Source of the DNA: Octopus vulgaris
Lineage: Eukaryota
NCBI GenBank assembly: GCA_951406725.2
Contig: OX597817.1
Span: 170,438,001 to 170,502,000, forward strand
DNA: 64,000 nucleotides
Reading direction: 5' to 3'
Shown: positions 38,640 through 50,730 of the stretch, piece by piece
Position numbering within the stretch: position 1 is the stretch's first letter
Layout: each line of letters begins with the position of its first letter
Position numbers and translations under genes: made by a program
The notes under the pieces: model-generated
The model's database searches: none
What the model was told of the DNA's origin: nothing
Seen by the model: the letters and a program-made list of their open reading frames with translations, nothing else

Positions 38640-40547
38640 TTTACTTACTGAATGAGTCTCTCTCTGTTTAAAATACCCCTTACTCTCCACTGATATCACA
38701 AGAAAACTGTGCCCACTTGTAGTTATCCTGTAATTCAGTTAACTGAACGTCTTTGCTGTTGCTCCCTAATAACATACAGAGAGCTGCACTCCTTAGTTGT
38801 TTCATAATAATACAGAGAAAGCTGTGAATGACAGTATTCCAGTGTAAGACCGTTTTGACTGTTAATACTTCAACTGTTTACCGGTTTATAGTAATAATAA
38901 GTAAGCAGTATTTTTACATATTACGGGCAGTTTGGAAATCTATCACAGGAGAGCAGCTTTAAATGACAGCTGCTGTATAAAGTCACTATATAGACTATTT
39001 AAGATGCTGACTAGAGGAAATGATGTGTATATTGACCACTATCTTCTATTATTTCTTAAAGAATTGTCTGTCTACTGAGTTCAACTACTACATTATTCTA
39101 CTTGTTCCCTTGTTCTAGTCCGTGTGTGTATATAAATATTGGTGCATTGTTGTACGACTATTCTATATTTATACTTTAACCTTATGGTGCTTTGTCTTAC
39201 TGGAAAGCAATACTGTCATATTGCACTATTAAAAATTTTTTTTCACTATTTTCGGTTCTGTTAACGGCTAGGTGTTCAGGCAGGTATACTGGCACTGATG
39301 TAGCAATGTTCAAAATTTTGTCTCGGTGAATCTAGCTGAAGAGAACTAATCAAATTTACGTAAACAAATGTATTTTGGAGAGTTCAAAACCTAGGTCCTA
39401 GATTATCCACATCTGGGTTGTACATTTATCTATTGTTCTTCCTACAGGTAAGATGAAATTTTTAATGTTTGCCACCTGCAAACATCTTTGCTAGTATATA
39501 TATATATATATATATATACATACAGTGAAGCGTTACTATAGCATTGTATATTATCAACAGCTATTTCCTGTAAATATTGGTGCATTGTTGTACCACTGTT
39601 CTATATTTGTATATATATAATATATATCCCACTGGTGTCATGTAAATGGTACTGATGACACATAAAAAGCACCCATTACACTGTTGGAGTGGTTGGCATT
39701 AGGAAGAGCATCCAGCCTTAGAAACCATGTCAAATCAGACTGGAGCCTGGTGTAGCTCTTCAGCTTACCAACTCCAAGCAAACCATCTAATTCATGTTAG
39801 CATGGTAAGCGGACATTAACTGATGATGATCAACACATTTATGTACTCATTAATCTATGACGATTATTGGCCAAGAAATTGTTACCAATATAAAAAAAAA
39901 CGAAAAAAACAATGCAATTATTGTCCAGTTTATTTTTCTGTACTCAGTGATACTCGTATATTCTTCAGTGCAAATAACCAAGTTGATAAGGTGAGCTTAC
40001 CAATCAAAACTAGTCAGTGTTCATTTATTATTGCTGTGTTATAAATAGCTACCATTCATTTGGAACAACTCACCTCTGGAAGCTCCAAGCATTACTGTGT
40101 AACTGATGTTTCATCACCTAGCTTTGCTGTATTCAATTCTTACCTTCATCTCTGCCAGGTTGACTTACTCTGCATATTCTATGAAAATGAAAAAAGTAAG
40201 TCTTCATGTGGTTCCATTACACAATATGTTCTAAAATAAACAGAATATACTGGTTCCTGATTTAGGCACAAGGCCTGCAATTTTGAGGGGAGGTAGACGT
40301 TTGATACCATTGAACCCATTTATTTTATTTTATTGACCTTCGAAGAATGAAAGACAAATTTAAGCTCAGTGGGATTTGAGCTCAGAACATAAAATCCCAG
40401 AACAAATACTGCAAGATATTTTGGCTAACTGTTCCTATATATGGAAATTCATTTCAATCAGGTTTATGTGAAGAAGTACCTGATTAAAGTCTAATTGGGA
40501 ATTGTAATTATTTTTTGTCTAATTTTTTGTTCTGATAAATATGCAGA

Positions 40548-40935
40548 TGGATGGAAGCACTCCGTCGGTTACGACGACGAGGGTTCCGGTTGATCCGATC
40601 AATGGAACAGCCTGCTCGTGAAATTAACGTGTAAGTGGCTGACCACTCCACAGACACGTGTACCCTTAACGTAGTTCTCAGGGATATTCAGCGTGACACA
40701 GAGAGTGACAAAGCCGGCCCTTTGAAATACAGGTACAACAGAAACAGGAAGTAAGAGTGAGAGAAAGTTGTGGTGAAAGAGTACAGCAGGGATCACCACC
40801 ATCCCTGCCGGAGCCTCGTGGAGCTTTTAGGTGTTTTCGCTCAATAAACACTCACAACGCCCGGTCTGGGAATCGAAACCGCGATCCTACGACCGCGAGT
40901 CCGCTGCCCTAACCACTGGGCCATTGCGCCTCCAC
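40548..40935 (-). mobile_element. tRNA-derived SINE, OR-like group (tail type 2), young copy
   Basis: Head GTGGAGGCGCAATGGCCCAGTGGTTAGGG..GTTTCGATTCCC; perfect 11-bp TSD AAATATGCAGA (40537-40547, 40936-40946); CpG-rich. Confidence 0.9.
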
Positions 40936-41572
40936 AAATATGCAGAAGGCAGTTACTGTCATATAATTTATTTACCAGTCTTTGAGATTTCATGGAAATA
41001 TGCATGGCAGTATGTCACCATGAATTCCACAACACTGAAGAATTAACAAACTGTCAAATCAAACCATCTCTTTATCTCTGCCATGAACCAGTCTGTTGAC
41101 AGGCCAAAGAAAAGTAAATTTCTCTGTGACTAATTAATGCCAGAATTTCAGTCGGAGAACAGAGGACTATTCTAGTTTATTTGGATTTTACGATTCTACC
41201 AATGCATTGGGTTCAATTGCGAGAGATTATTGGACAGATGAGGAACTTTACACCCCTTCCTTGCCATTCATTGTTTTGGAATAATTATCTCTAGAAAGCT
41301 ATTTAAAATTCTGTGTGGATTCTGGTTTAAATCTTTAAGATGGTGAATTATTCCAGAAACTTAGTAGAAATTCAGTGTATGGAAAGTTAGTCAATAGTGT
41401 GTACTGTACTGAAGAAATATATTTATAAAAGATTTACTCTCTAGCCACACTGCCCCAACCGCCATTGCAAAACAAAAATAAATAAATAAATGAATAAAAT
41501 GAAAGAAAGAAAAAAAGATAAATTTTATAATTAGTGAAGAATATAATGGGTCCTGGAATCTGATTCTGACAG

Positions 41573-41644
41573 GTAGAATGGAAGGAAAACTTTCAAATAA
41601 AATTTGTTCAATGAAGTATCAAGCAAAGAAATATTTACATGTTG
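41573..41644 (+). CDS. Candidate small coding exon of the unidentified host gene (GRMEGKLSNKICSMKYQAKKYLHV-G)
   Basis: CTGACAG acceptor with a weak tract, open 72-nt phase 1-1 frame containing ATG at 41578, consensus donor G|GTGAGT. Confidence 0.25.
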
Positions 41645-41818
41645 GTGAGTGGTTTACTAATTAGTCTTTCTCTACCTACAGCAATGTTTGTTAGTCTTGA
41701 AAGAAATTGTAATTAAAAATAGGCAAACCCAATAAAATTTCGTTTTTCTCACCATTTTTGCAGTCGAATGAAAATAATGTTTATTGACATGTTCTTCACT
41801 AGAAGTTCACAGGCAGTG

Positions 41819-41868
<50 letters not shown>

Positions 41869-42522
41869 TAGGAAGAAAGATGGAATGGTTTAGATAGAAA
41901 TTAAAAATCTAGGAAACTGCAGAACATTAGTTGAAAACATGTCTAGTGTAGTGGCATAGGATATTTACTAAAAATATTACTAAAAACTAAACACTTTATA
42001 GCTTTAGAAATACTGTTTATAAGGATATCTTTTGATCAGTGTGTTACCAGTTCTTACTCTGTCTGTTATTTTTTGTAAATTATTATTTCATCAACATCTC
42101 CACCACCACCACCCTCATCATCATGATGTTTGCATTTGCATGTTCGTATAGGATCTGTAGTTTTGCACATTGCCATCAGCCTTAATCGCACATCAACTTG
42201 TCTGTGATGCCCGATCATGCTGACATCTAAATTTGACCTTGTATACACCTCATGTGTTCCTTTAATCATCTTGATCCCCTTTTGACCTTCCATATTATCT
42301 GTTCATGCTTGAGTACAATAATATTCATTGTGAGAAGAATAATATTTATTCCTACGGCTACAAGGATTCTCAGCCTCATTATCACGGCTATGCCCCCCCC
42401 TCCTCCGGCTATCTATCTCATTGCTTGCTGCTATTAGGAATCGAGGTCAGCTGACTGCCCTTCAATGATATCCACAAATTTTTTTAAATTGTTAATGTGT
42501 TGTGGTTAAAACATGTTTAGTG

Positions 42523-43219
42523 CAGTGGCATAGCTAAGAGATGAACAAAATTGGTGCCTTTTCAACAATTTTTTAAAACTCACTTAAGTTCACTTGTGCA
42601 ATAAAAAGTCAAATCTTTTCGTTGTTAATCACACGGCTTTGGAAGAATTTTCTGGAATCATTACCTTTATTTGACCAACCTCCCATGTTTTCAAACTGTC
42701 TGTTCAGTCCTGTGTGATGTGTTGGTGGCCACTGACATTTGAAGAACCAAGACAAACCCTGAAATCAGAACTTCTCAACACTGGACAATCCCATGGAGTT
42801 TCATCTTTTTCGCAACATACCTGTATCAGTAGTTGTAAGTTTCAGACACAATGACAGTTTTACTGAAACTTAAAAATTAATGAATGTAGAATACAAATAT
42901 TAAATAATTAATGAAATATTTTGTGTAATATAAAAAATGGCTAGAAGAATGTCAAGCAAATCTAGTAACCAGTGGATCTAGGAAGTGGGGCTTCATTTCA
43001 GTGAGTATGTGGTTGGGGAAGGTGCAGTGTGCAATGATGCGGTTGAGAGAAAGGCCCTGAAACAGCATGCATTCTCTCCTGATGACCCCATAAACTTGCT
43101 AGCATTCAGTGTGTGGAGCTTTCAACTGTTAGTGCTTACATCTGCAAATAGTTTCCAAAAATGGTACCTTTTTTTTATGTGCTCGCTCACCCTGACTTTA
43201 GAACCTGGCTATGCCACTG
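42523..43219. mobile_element. hAT-like MITE
   Basis: 12-bp TIR CAGTGGCATAGC / GCTATGCCACTG; degenerate 8-bp TSD GTTTAGTG / ACTTAGTG. Confidence 0.65.
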
Positions 43220-44736
43220 ACTTAGTGTTGTGTACATACTGAATGTATGAACAACAGGTGTTTATGGGCACACACCAGCTTTTGTCTTGTTATTCATTAC
43301 AATCATCATCATCACCCTCATCAACATCATGAATACCTAAATAATGTGATTAAATGTCTAAATGATGCTAATTTCAATGGTACTGGTTCTCTTGCAAGCA
43401 TCAGTGGCCTTGTGGATTACAGCATTATTACCCTCAGTTTTAGAAAAATGTAAAGAGAAAGATTATATTTTGGGATGGTCTTTTTTTCCTTTTTTCCCCC
43501 CTTATTTAATTTTTTTTATTTATCTTTTTTTTTTTTGCCAATTAGCCACAAGCACTATATACTCGTTCTTCACTCCAGCTTTATTATTGTTCTTGTTTTA
43601 GCACCCTTTGTCTGAAAAAGTTTCGTCACACCCTGTGACCTCTTCAGTGGCTCTTCATCCCATGTGTCTCCTCCTGTCCTGTTTAGTCCATTCTGTCTTT
43701 CTAAGATAAATACATAAACATAAAGCAAAAGTTCCTGGTTCAAATTTTGTCTGAAATTTTGTCTTCTATGAACACATCCAAAAACGAGGGACCTGATGTC
43801 ATTCAGAGATCAAACTAATCAAAATGTAATCTATGTGTATGAAAAAAAAAATTTCTATTTCAAGATGAGGTTGCTTGCCTAAAACATTATCTTCTTATAT
43901 AGTGAATATCATATTAATATATAATCATTTCCAAATTTATCAGTTATATCTTCTTTTTTAATAAATATGGAAATCAATTGTTTGTATTTATAATCTCGGG
44001 GTGTATTCATATAATCTTTTGCCAAAAGCACTGACAAGTTTTGTCACTTAATTAAAAAACCTAGGAGCCAAAACAAACCTAGAGCAGGTGGTTTCATGAA
44101 TATTTCAAACAAAACTGATTATTTCGGAGAGGAATTTTTTTCTTTTAATTACTGTGTTGAATTTTTTGGATAATTTTTTTTATTTATTTTTTTCATCTAT
44201 ATAAAGATGTTGACTTCTATAGACATATTAAAACTTGGTGTGTATAAAGTGTATAATGCTTCCTGTTTAGTCGAGCTGTTGTAACTAAACACTGGTTAAT
44301 GTAGTGAATGAATAATGTCATAAGTCTAATCGGTGTATTTCATCTCTCTTAGCATACAACAATGGAACGGAACAGTGGCTTAATCCAGTTCAGTAACGTC
44401 ACTGTAATACGGCAACATTGTCATTCTGGTGTTGACTACAGATTTGCTTTTGGTTTTACTTTGCAATAAAACCAACAAGTGGAAAATATGTGAAGACTTA
44501 CATAACACATCACTGACTACTTTTTGATAAGTTTCTATGAAAGTTATGCTGAGGTTTAGTTCTGGAATGATGGGATGGTGCTTGGTGATGGTGGGAAGGG
44601 TAAATATATCTTGGCTTCCATTTTATTGGGGATTTTTGTTTTCAAATATTCCAATGGCACATTTCTTCATCGTTGGTGCCGCAGTCATTATCATAAGCAT
44701 TGCTTATAACAGTATCATTGCTCATAACTATATCTT

Positions 44737-44968
44737 ATTTCTTTGCTGCCCACAAGGGGCTACACACAGAGGGGGTAAACAAGGACAGACAAGTGGATTA
44801 AGTCAATTTTATCGACCCCTAGTGCTTAACTGGTACTTATTTAATCGACCCCAAAAGGATGAAAGGCAAAGTCGACCTTGGCGGAATTTGAACTCAGAAC
44901 GTAGCGGCAGACGAAATACCGCTAAGCATTTCACCTGGTGTGCTAACGTTTCGGCCAGCTCGCCGCCG
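44737..44968 (-). mobile_element. SINE family B
   Basis: Reverse complement of family B; TSD ATAACTATATCTT. Confidence 0.9.
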
Positions 44969-46369
44969 TATAACTATATCTTGATGAGGTTTATTATTAA
45001 TATTGTTTTTGATGGTGATGATTTCTATAATGAGGCTGCATACAACTTTATAATGACAGAGTTTGTTTGTTGTTGGTGTTTTTGTTTGTGATAATGATGA
45101 TGATGATGGCGAAGATTGTAGTCTTATTCTGTAAAAGAAAGATATTGCAGTAAGTACAGCTGTCAACTAAGGGAATGGTGGTGGTGGTGGTGGTGGTGGG
45201 GTTGCAGTGGGGTGGATGGGGAGGAGGGAGAGTAATGACTGGGTTGATAAGGTTAATTTCAGAATTTGATTTTTGTGTTCTGACAGCAAGAACAAAAGGA
45301 GGCATTTTTGACAGCTTCTATGAATTCTGTTGACATGATACCAGTTGTCAGAAAAGTATGTTTCTGCAGACATCTGTAGAACTAATTGGTAGACAGTGTT
45401 TTGTGAATAGCATAGGAGGAAAGAAGACAGCATTTGTGAAGTGTCTGTAATTTATCAACTCTAGAGATTTTTAAATTGATAAAATTTGAAGGAGGCAAAA
45501 TGGTTGGCCGAGAAGATTTTAAGTTATCAGAATATGGCTTCATGTTAATGCAATGTTTTTGTTGTGGAAAATGTTTTAGCGATTGGAGAAGAAATGTTTA
45601 GGGGGAAAAAAAACATGAAATCCTGGATGTGTAAAATAATTTTCTTGTTGAATGAGATTGATTGTAATGTGATATTTCTGATGATTAGGAGATATCCTTT
45701 TGGCATTTTATTTTGTTTTGTTTAATCAATTAATCAGTGGCCACAAGCATGTTTATGTGGTTAAGAAGTTCACTTCTCAAGCACATGGTTTTAAGTTCAA
45801 TTCCATTAATCTGCACCTTGAACACCTTGTCTTCTACCATAATCTCATGTTGACCAAAGCTTTGTTAAATTTGGCAAAAGCAAACTGTACTGTCTTGATA
45901 GGTATATCATGTTAGATATGTCTTGCTTTTATGGATCTGGGTGGGTAGAACATTTTTTTCTTCTTTTTATGGGCTAATTGGAGTAGGAGGAAGAAACTGT
46001 CCAGGCCATCCAAGGCAAAACCTGTGAGATTAACCCAGTTAATGAGACTAGGTTGTCATATCAACATTGAAATATCCTCTCATATTCTCTGTTCATTGAG
46101 GCAGTAAAGGTCTGGCATGTGGTGTTTACAGTGTATTTGTAGATTATGCTTGTGCGTGAAAGATTAAGAAAGGAAGAGTTATATCATCTACACACAATTG
46201 TGTTTTGTTGGAAATGAAGGCAAGCAGGATATTAATTTACCGAAAGAAAGTCATGGAGATACAATCAAACTTTGAGGTACACTAAATTTGATCTTGTGGG
46301 TAGGACAAAGCAGTCTGTGGTGAAAGAGAACTTTCTAAAAACAGTAATGAGCAATGAATAAAGTCCATA

Positions 46370-46882
46370 CCTTAAATCCTCGAGTATAATCCGCATTTTC
46401 CCCCCCAAATTTAAAGGTCAAAATTCCTAGTGCATACTATATATGAAGTTAAAAATGAAAATTATTTTCTAAGCAATATCCAAGTCTCTATTTGCTGTCT
46501 GACAATGTTTATTCAGACGCATTTTGTGATGTTGGGCGCGAAAATATCTTAAGCTAAGCCTGAAAGCAACGAAGTCATAAAAGAATCATCCATAACTTGC
46601 AGTAAGCAACATTTATTAAACGTTATTACTGTTATTTCTTTATTTTCTGCAAACAAAATGCACAAAAAAAGCTACACGTTTGCATTATGTTATATGTACA
46701 ATAATAATAAAGGACGTTACCGAATAAAGTTTTACAAACCAAGGATGTTATATAGACCTCCTTGACTCAAGTTAGATAAGGGGTGCATATTATACACAAA
46801 GTTTAGGTTTTTCAGAGGTACAGCCCCCTAAAAATCTCCTGCGTATTATACTCAAGGGAGGACTATACTTGAGGATTTACGG
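46370..46882. mobile_element. Tc1/mariner-superfamily (Tc2/pogo-like) MITE
   Basis: TA-flanked; TIR CCTTAAATCCTCGAGTATAATCC versus CCGTAAATCCTCAAGTATAGTCC (20/23 identical). Confidence 0.8.
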
Positions 46883-47643
46883 TATGTGTGAGCTGGTTAG
46901 CTTTGCTGCTCTCTTGTAGGCACTTTTGAAGATTTTGCTGAAGACAAGTACATTACCATCTCGACCATTGAAAGCATTTAGTCGATGTCATTCTATTGCA
47001 AGCATTCAGCTCAAATCTTCAGCTTGAAGACAGCCTCATATCTTTCTTATTGCAGCAATCCATGAGTGAGAGTCTCTTTCACTCTGTCACCAGTCTTGCA
47101 GGTCTTACTAAAGGATCATGGATACTGGCCTTCCTCATCTTACTAGGCCATTTAAAAGAAAAATGCACCTAGATATATTCTGCATGTATTATTACTAGCC
47201 TAAATCCACAAATAATGTGAAGATTTGGGGAAGGATTTCTAAACAAAAGACTTTGATACGTTTGTTTGGTTTGTACTGTGTGTGACAAATTATCTTAGCT
47301 AAGCCATGATTTAGGAGAAACTGAAAGCTTGATGTATAGATATAGATATAAAGATAGATAAAAATGTATGTATACATGTATGTATATGAGATAGAAGGAA
47401 CCGCTTATAAGAACGGCTATTAATAATCTGACAAACTAAATCTAACAACAAATTGAATTGTACAATAATTGACAAGAGCAAACGCATGCAGCCTGCTTTC
47501 ATTTTCTTTAATAATTAGTATGTCTTCAAATCATCGTTGTAATTCTTCACAGGTTTACCAATATTAATCAGTCATTTCTCTCTTGTAATCACTTCAGATT
47601 TTATCAACAAATTTTGCCTAACACGCACACACATGCACGTATG

Positions 47644-47686
<43 letters not shown>

Positions 47687-47702
47687 TCTCTCTCTCTCTC
47701 TC

Positions 47703-47738
<36 letters not shown>

Positions 47739-48714
47739 TTAGTATCTTCAGAAACAACTGACAGTTTTATATTGTATCAATATTTCAGTAGACATTTTAG
47801 AGCTTCACAGATAATCCAACCTCAATCCACTGCTGTCTTATATTTATTATACTATTAGTTGGATTAATTTAGGTAAGGAATCATGTAAGTTGTGCTGACC
47901 TAGTTTAACAGTACTAAAATCTACCCCCCTCCCCTCACACACAGGAATACATGAACAACAGTGTCTCTGAATTCTTTCTCTTGCTTTCTGAGACAGCTTT
48001 TCTGGAGGTTTTCCACTTTGATCAAAAGCAACTATTGTTTCCTCATTCTGGCATCATTTCTATTGTTACTCGATATAAGAATCCACAAAGTCTTTCAGAA
48101 ATAAAATATCTTCAACTGAAAGAATCAGATGTTTCCCTTTCTTCTTCTTTGTCATCAATTCTACTTCAAAAAAGAATTCAGAATAAAAGAGAGCTAGAAG
48201 CAGAGAGAGGGAGAGAAAGAGAGAGAGTATAACAAAATAATTGAAATATAGAAACACACTAATTCATTCAGTTTCTATGCAACTGAGAATTGGTTAATTA
48301 GTATAATCCTTATTTTTTCTTTTGTGTGTGTGTGTGTGTAAGCATGTGTGCGTACATGTCTTAGAAGCATGGGGTTTCGTTATCATGTTTTTGGCATCTG
48401 TGCTACTTAATTCTTAGCTTTTTTCAATGTGTTGCCTCTCTAGTATCGTACCAATGTCAGTAGTAGCTTCACTAATCATGGAAATGGGAATAAGTTTCTC
48501 TAATTAGCAGAGTTTCTGCAAATGTTACTTTTGACTTTGTTGTGCTAAATTCTGGTTGGTAGTTTCATCATTCTTTGTTGTTGTTGTTTAACCATAAGGT
48601 TGGACCTGATTCAGTAAACTTATAACCAAAAATATTCCAGCCAGTCATGACCATCCCTGACATTCCATATTTAGAATTGCATTATCCTGTCCATTCTGTA
48701 CAAGATTTGTGCAT

Positions 48715-49440
48715 CCTCTATGCTGGTGTCATGTAAAAAGCACCTGTGTTGGTGTCGCGTAAAAATCACTCTTGCTGATGCTGTGTATAAATCACCTGTG
48801 CTGGTTCCTCATGAATCACCTGTGCTGGTTCCTCATGAATTACCTGTGCTGGTTCCTCATGAATCACCTGTGCCGGTGTCACATAAATCACCTATACCCG
48901 TGTCACATGAATACCTGTGCCAGCGCCACATGAATCACCTGTGCTGGTGCCTCATAAATATCACCTGTGCCAGTTCCACATGAATCACCTGTGCTGGTGC
49001 CTCGTAAATATCACCTGTGCCAGTTCCACATAAATCACCTGTGCCCGTGTCACATGAATCACCTGTACCAGTACCACATAAATCACCTGTGCCGGTGCCA
49101 CATAACTTACCTGTGCTGGTGTCACATATAAACCACCTGTGCTGGTGTCACATAAATCACCTGTGCCGGTGTCACATAAATCACCTGTGCCGGTGCCACA
49201 TAACTTACCTGTGCTGGTGTCACATATAAACCACCTGTGCCATGCCACATAAATCACCTGTGCTGGTGTCACATAAAAAGCACCCAGTACACTCTGTATA
49301 GTCGTTGGTATTAAGAAAGGCATCCAGCCATAGAAACCATGCCAAAACAAACGATTAGAGCCTGGCAGCTCTCCAGCCTGGCCAGCCCCTGTCAAACCAT
49401 CCAACTCATGCCAGCATGGAAAACAGATGTTAAATGACAA
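48715..49440 (+). repeat. Family C SINE with an expanded ~21-23-bp minisatellite (~24 units)
   Basis: AATCACCTGTGCTGGTGTCACATA-like units over 48740-49275, then the normal family C 3' end. Confidence 0.9.
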
Positions 49441-50003
49441 AAATGGTGGAGATTTGGCTACTTTTTCTAGTAGTTTGAGTGACCTCACTGAGACTTCCTT
49501 ATAGGCCTATTGACATGTTTATTTCATTTCAATATGGTCTTTGAAGAGTTCAGGCTGGGATGAATTCCGCTACACTACTGAGGGTTTAAAGTGGGGATTG
49601 ATGTTGCAGATGATGGTGTCATATGGTCTGTGTATTTGTGATCTCACATGGTCTGTTTTCATGTGAAGTGTTACATAGACTTGTGTCTAGTATATGTATG
49701 TGAAATATTCTACAGTGTGTATATAAAATAGTGTTAATTTTATCATCAGTCATCAACCGTCTTCCATGAAGAGAATAGGCAATTCTAAAAACCTGATATT
49801 CAATATTCTTTGTTTAAAAATTTCGAGTATAAGACATGAGTTTTAACTTCATGATAATAATGTTTTCTGAGTCATTGTATGATCCCATTATGATGTAAAA
49901 TCCTTATTGCTCCCTTCGATATCTTATCCATTACTGTACTTTTAGCATCTATAATTATTAAATACCAATGTATGACACATGGATCTTGACTTTTTTTCGT
50001 CAG

Positions 50004-50032
50004 GTATTTTCACACCTGAAGATTATTTAAAT
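50004..50032 (+). CDS. Candidate 29-nt micro-exon (G-IFTPEDYLN)
   Basis: CTTGAC branch-like site, T7 tract and CAG acceptor; donor GTATGA at 50033; a 78-nt intron to the acceptor at 50110 keeps the frame. Confidence 0.3.
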
Positions 50033-50110
50033 GTATGATATTATTCAGTATCATAATCTAAACTGTTCTTTTACCTGTAATTTATTTATACAAATTTCTC
50101 TTTATTTCAG

Positions 50111-50151
50111 GTGAGTACATGGCACATCAAAGACGAAGTAGAATTTGATGA
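50111..50151 (+). CDS. Candidate 41-nt exon (VSTWHIKDEVEFD) or recursive-splicing exon
   Basis: Strong acceptor TTTCTCTTTATTTCAG; phase-0 frame compatible with both the ATG at 13287 and the 50004 micro-exon; weak donor GTATTT at 50152; the exon itself begins GTGAGT. Confidence 0.4.
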
Positions 50152-50429
50152 GTATTTTCCTCTTCTTAAATCTTTTAATCTTTATCACTTGCTTGAAAAA
50201 GAATAAAATTGCTTCCATTTAATTACAGTATAAAACATCTCTTATTTTCTATCAATAAATTGATTGCAGTGCAATAACTCTTCTTTTGTTTTTATAACAT
50301 GATGCTTGCTAGCTAGGATTGAAAAGCTACATAACACACAGTGCCTTTCTTTGTGTAAATGGTTGACTATAGTCTGTATGAAGGGTTGTAGTGTTTTCTC
50401 TCCACTTAAAAGTGTAGGTAAGTTGTGTT

Positions 50430-50730
50430 GTGGTTAGACATGTAGTTGCTTCATGTTTAGTAAGATGACCTGAATGGAAAGTCAGAGCTAGAGGGGTGTG
50501 GTTCGAGTTATGATTAGGAATAATTTTTTGTCCGTAGACTAATGAATAAGCATTTAGTACATGACCTATGAAGAGATGTGTGAGATGTAGAACGAATGAA
50601 TTGGCCAATGTATTAATCATAGGAGAAACGAAAGGAAGCCTCATGCCGGTTGTAAAAGACCATGTGAAAGTAGCTGCACGGTGCATTTGGAATGTAGTAA
50701 AATTGGTGTGTGGAGTAGCTGTGTCCAAAC
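50430..50730 (-). pseudogene. Possible decayed LINE APE-endonuclease fragment
   Basis: ATFTWS...KIIPNHNSNHTPLALTF resembles the APE FTW and SDH-P motifs, but the catalytic D is absent. Confidence 0.35.

Noticed and set aside
40860-40935. tRNA-like sequences in SINE heads
   Set aside because: They have A and B boxes but continue into SINE bodies with TSDs; no clean cloverleaf or terminator, so not called as tRNA genes.
42326-42455. Protein-like frame HCEKNNIYSYGYKDSQPHYHGYAPPSSGY
   Set aside because: Short, no splice signals and no recognisable family.
44353-44392. Possible small exon after TTCATCTCTCTTAG (YNNGTEQWLNPV)
   Set aside because: Weak donor and an end phase incompatible with the other candidate exons.
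44537-45091. 184-aa ORF with a hydrophobic N-terminus
   Set aside because: It runs through an antisense SINE B with a TSD; a chance open frame.
48740-49275. CRISPR-like periodic array
   Set aside because: Units are contiguous without unique spacers, lie inside a SINE, and there are no cas genes in this eukaryotic DNA.
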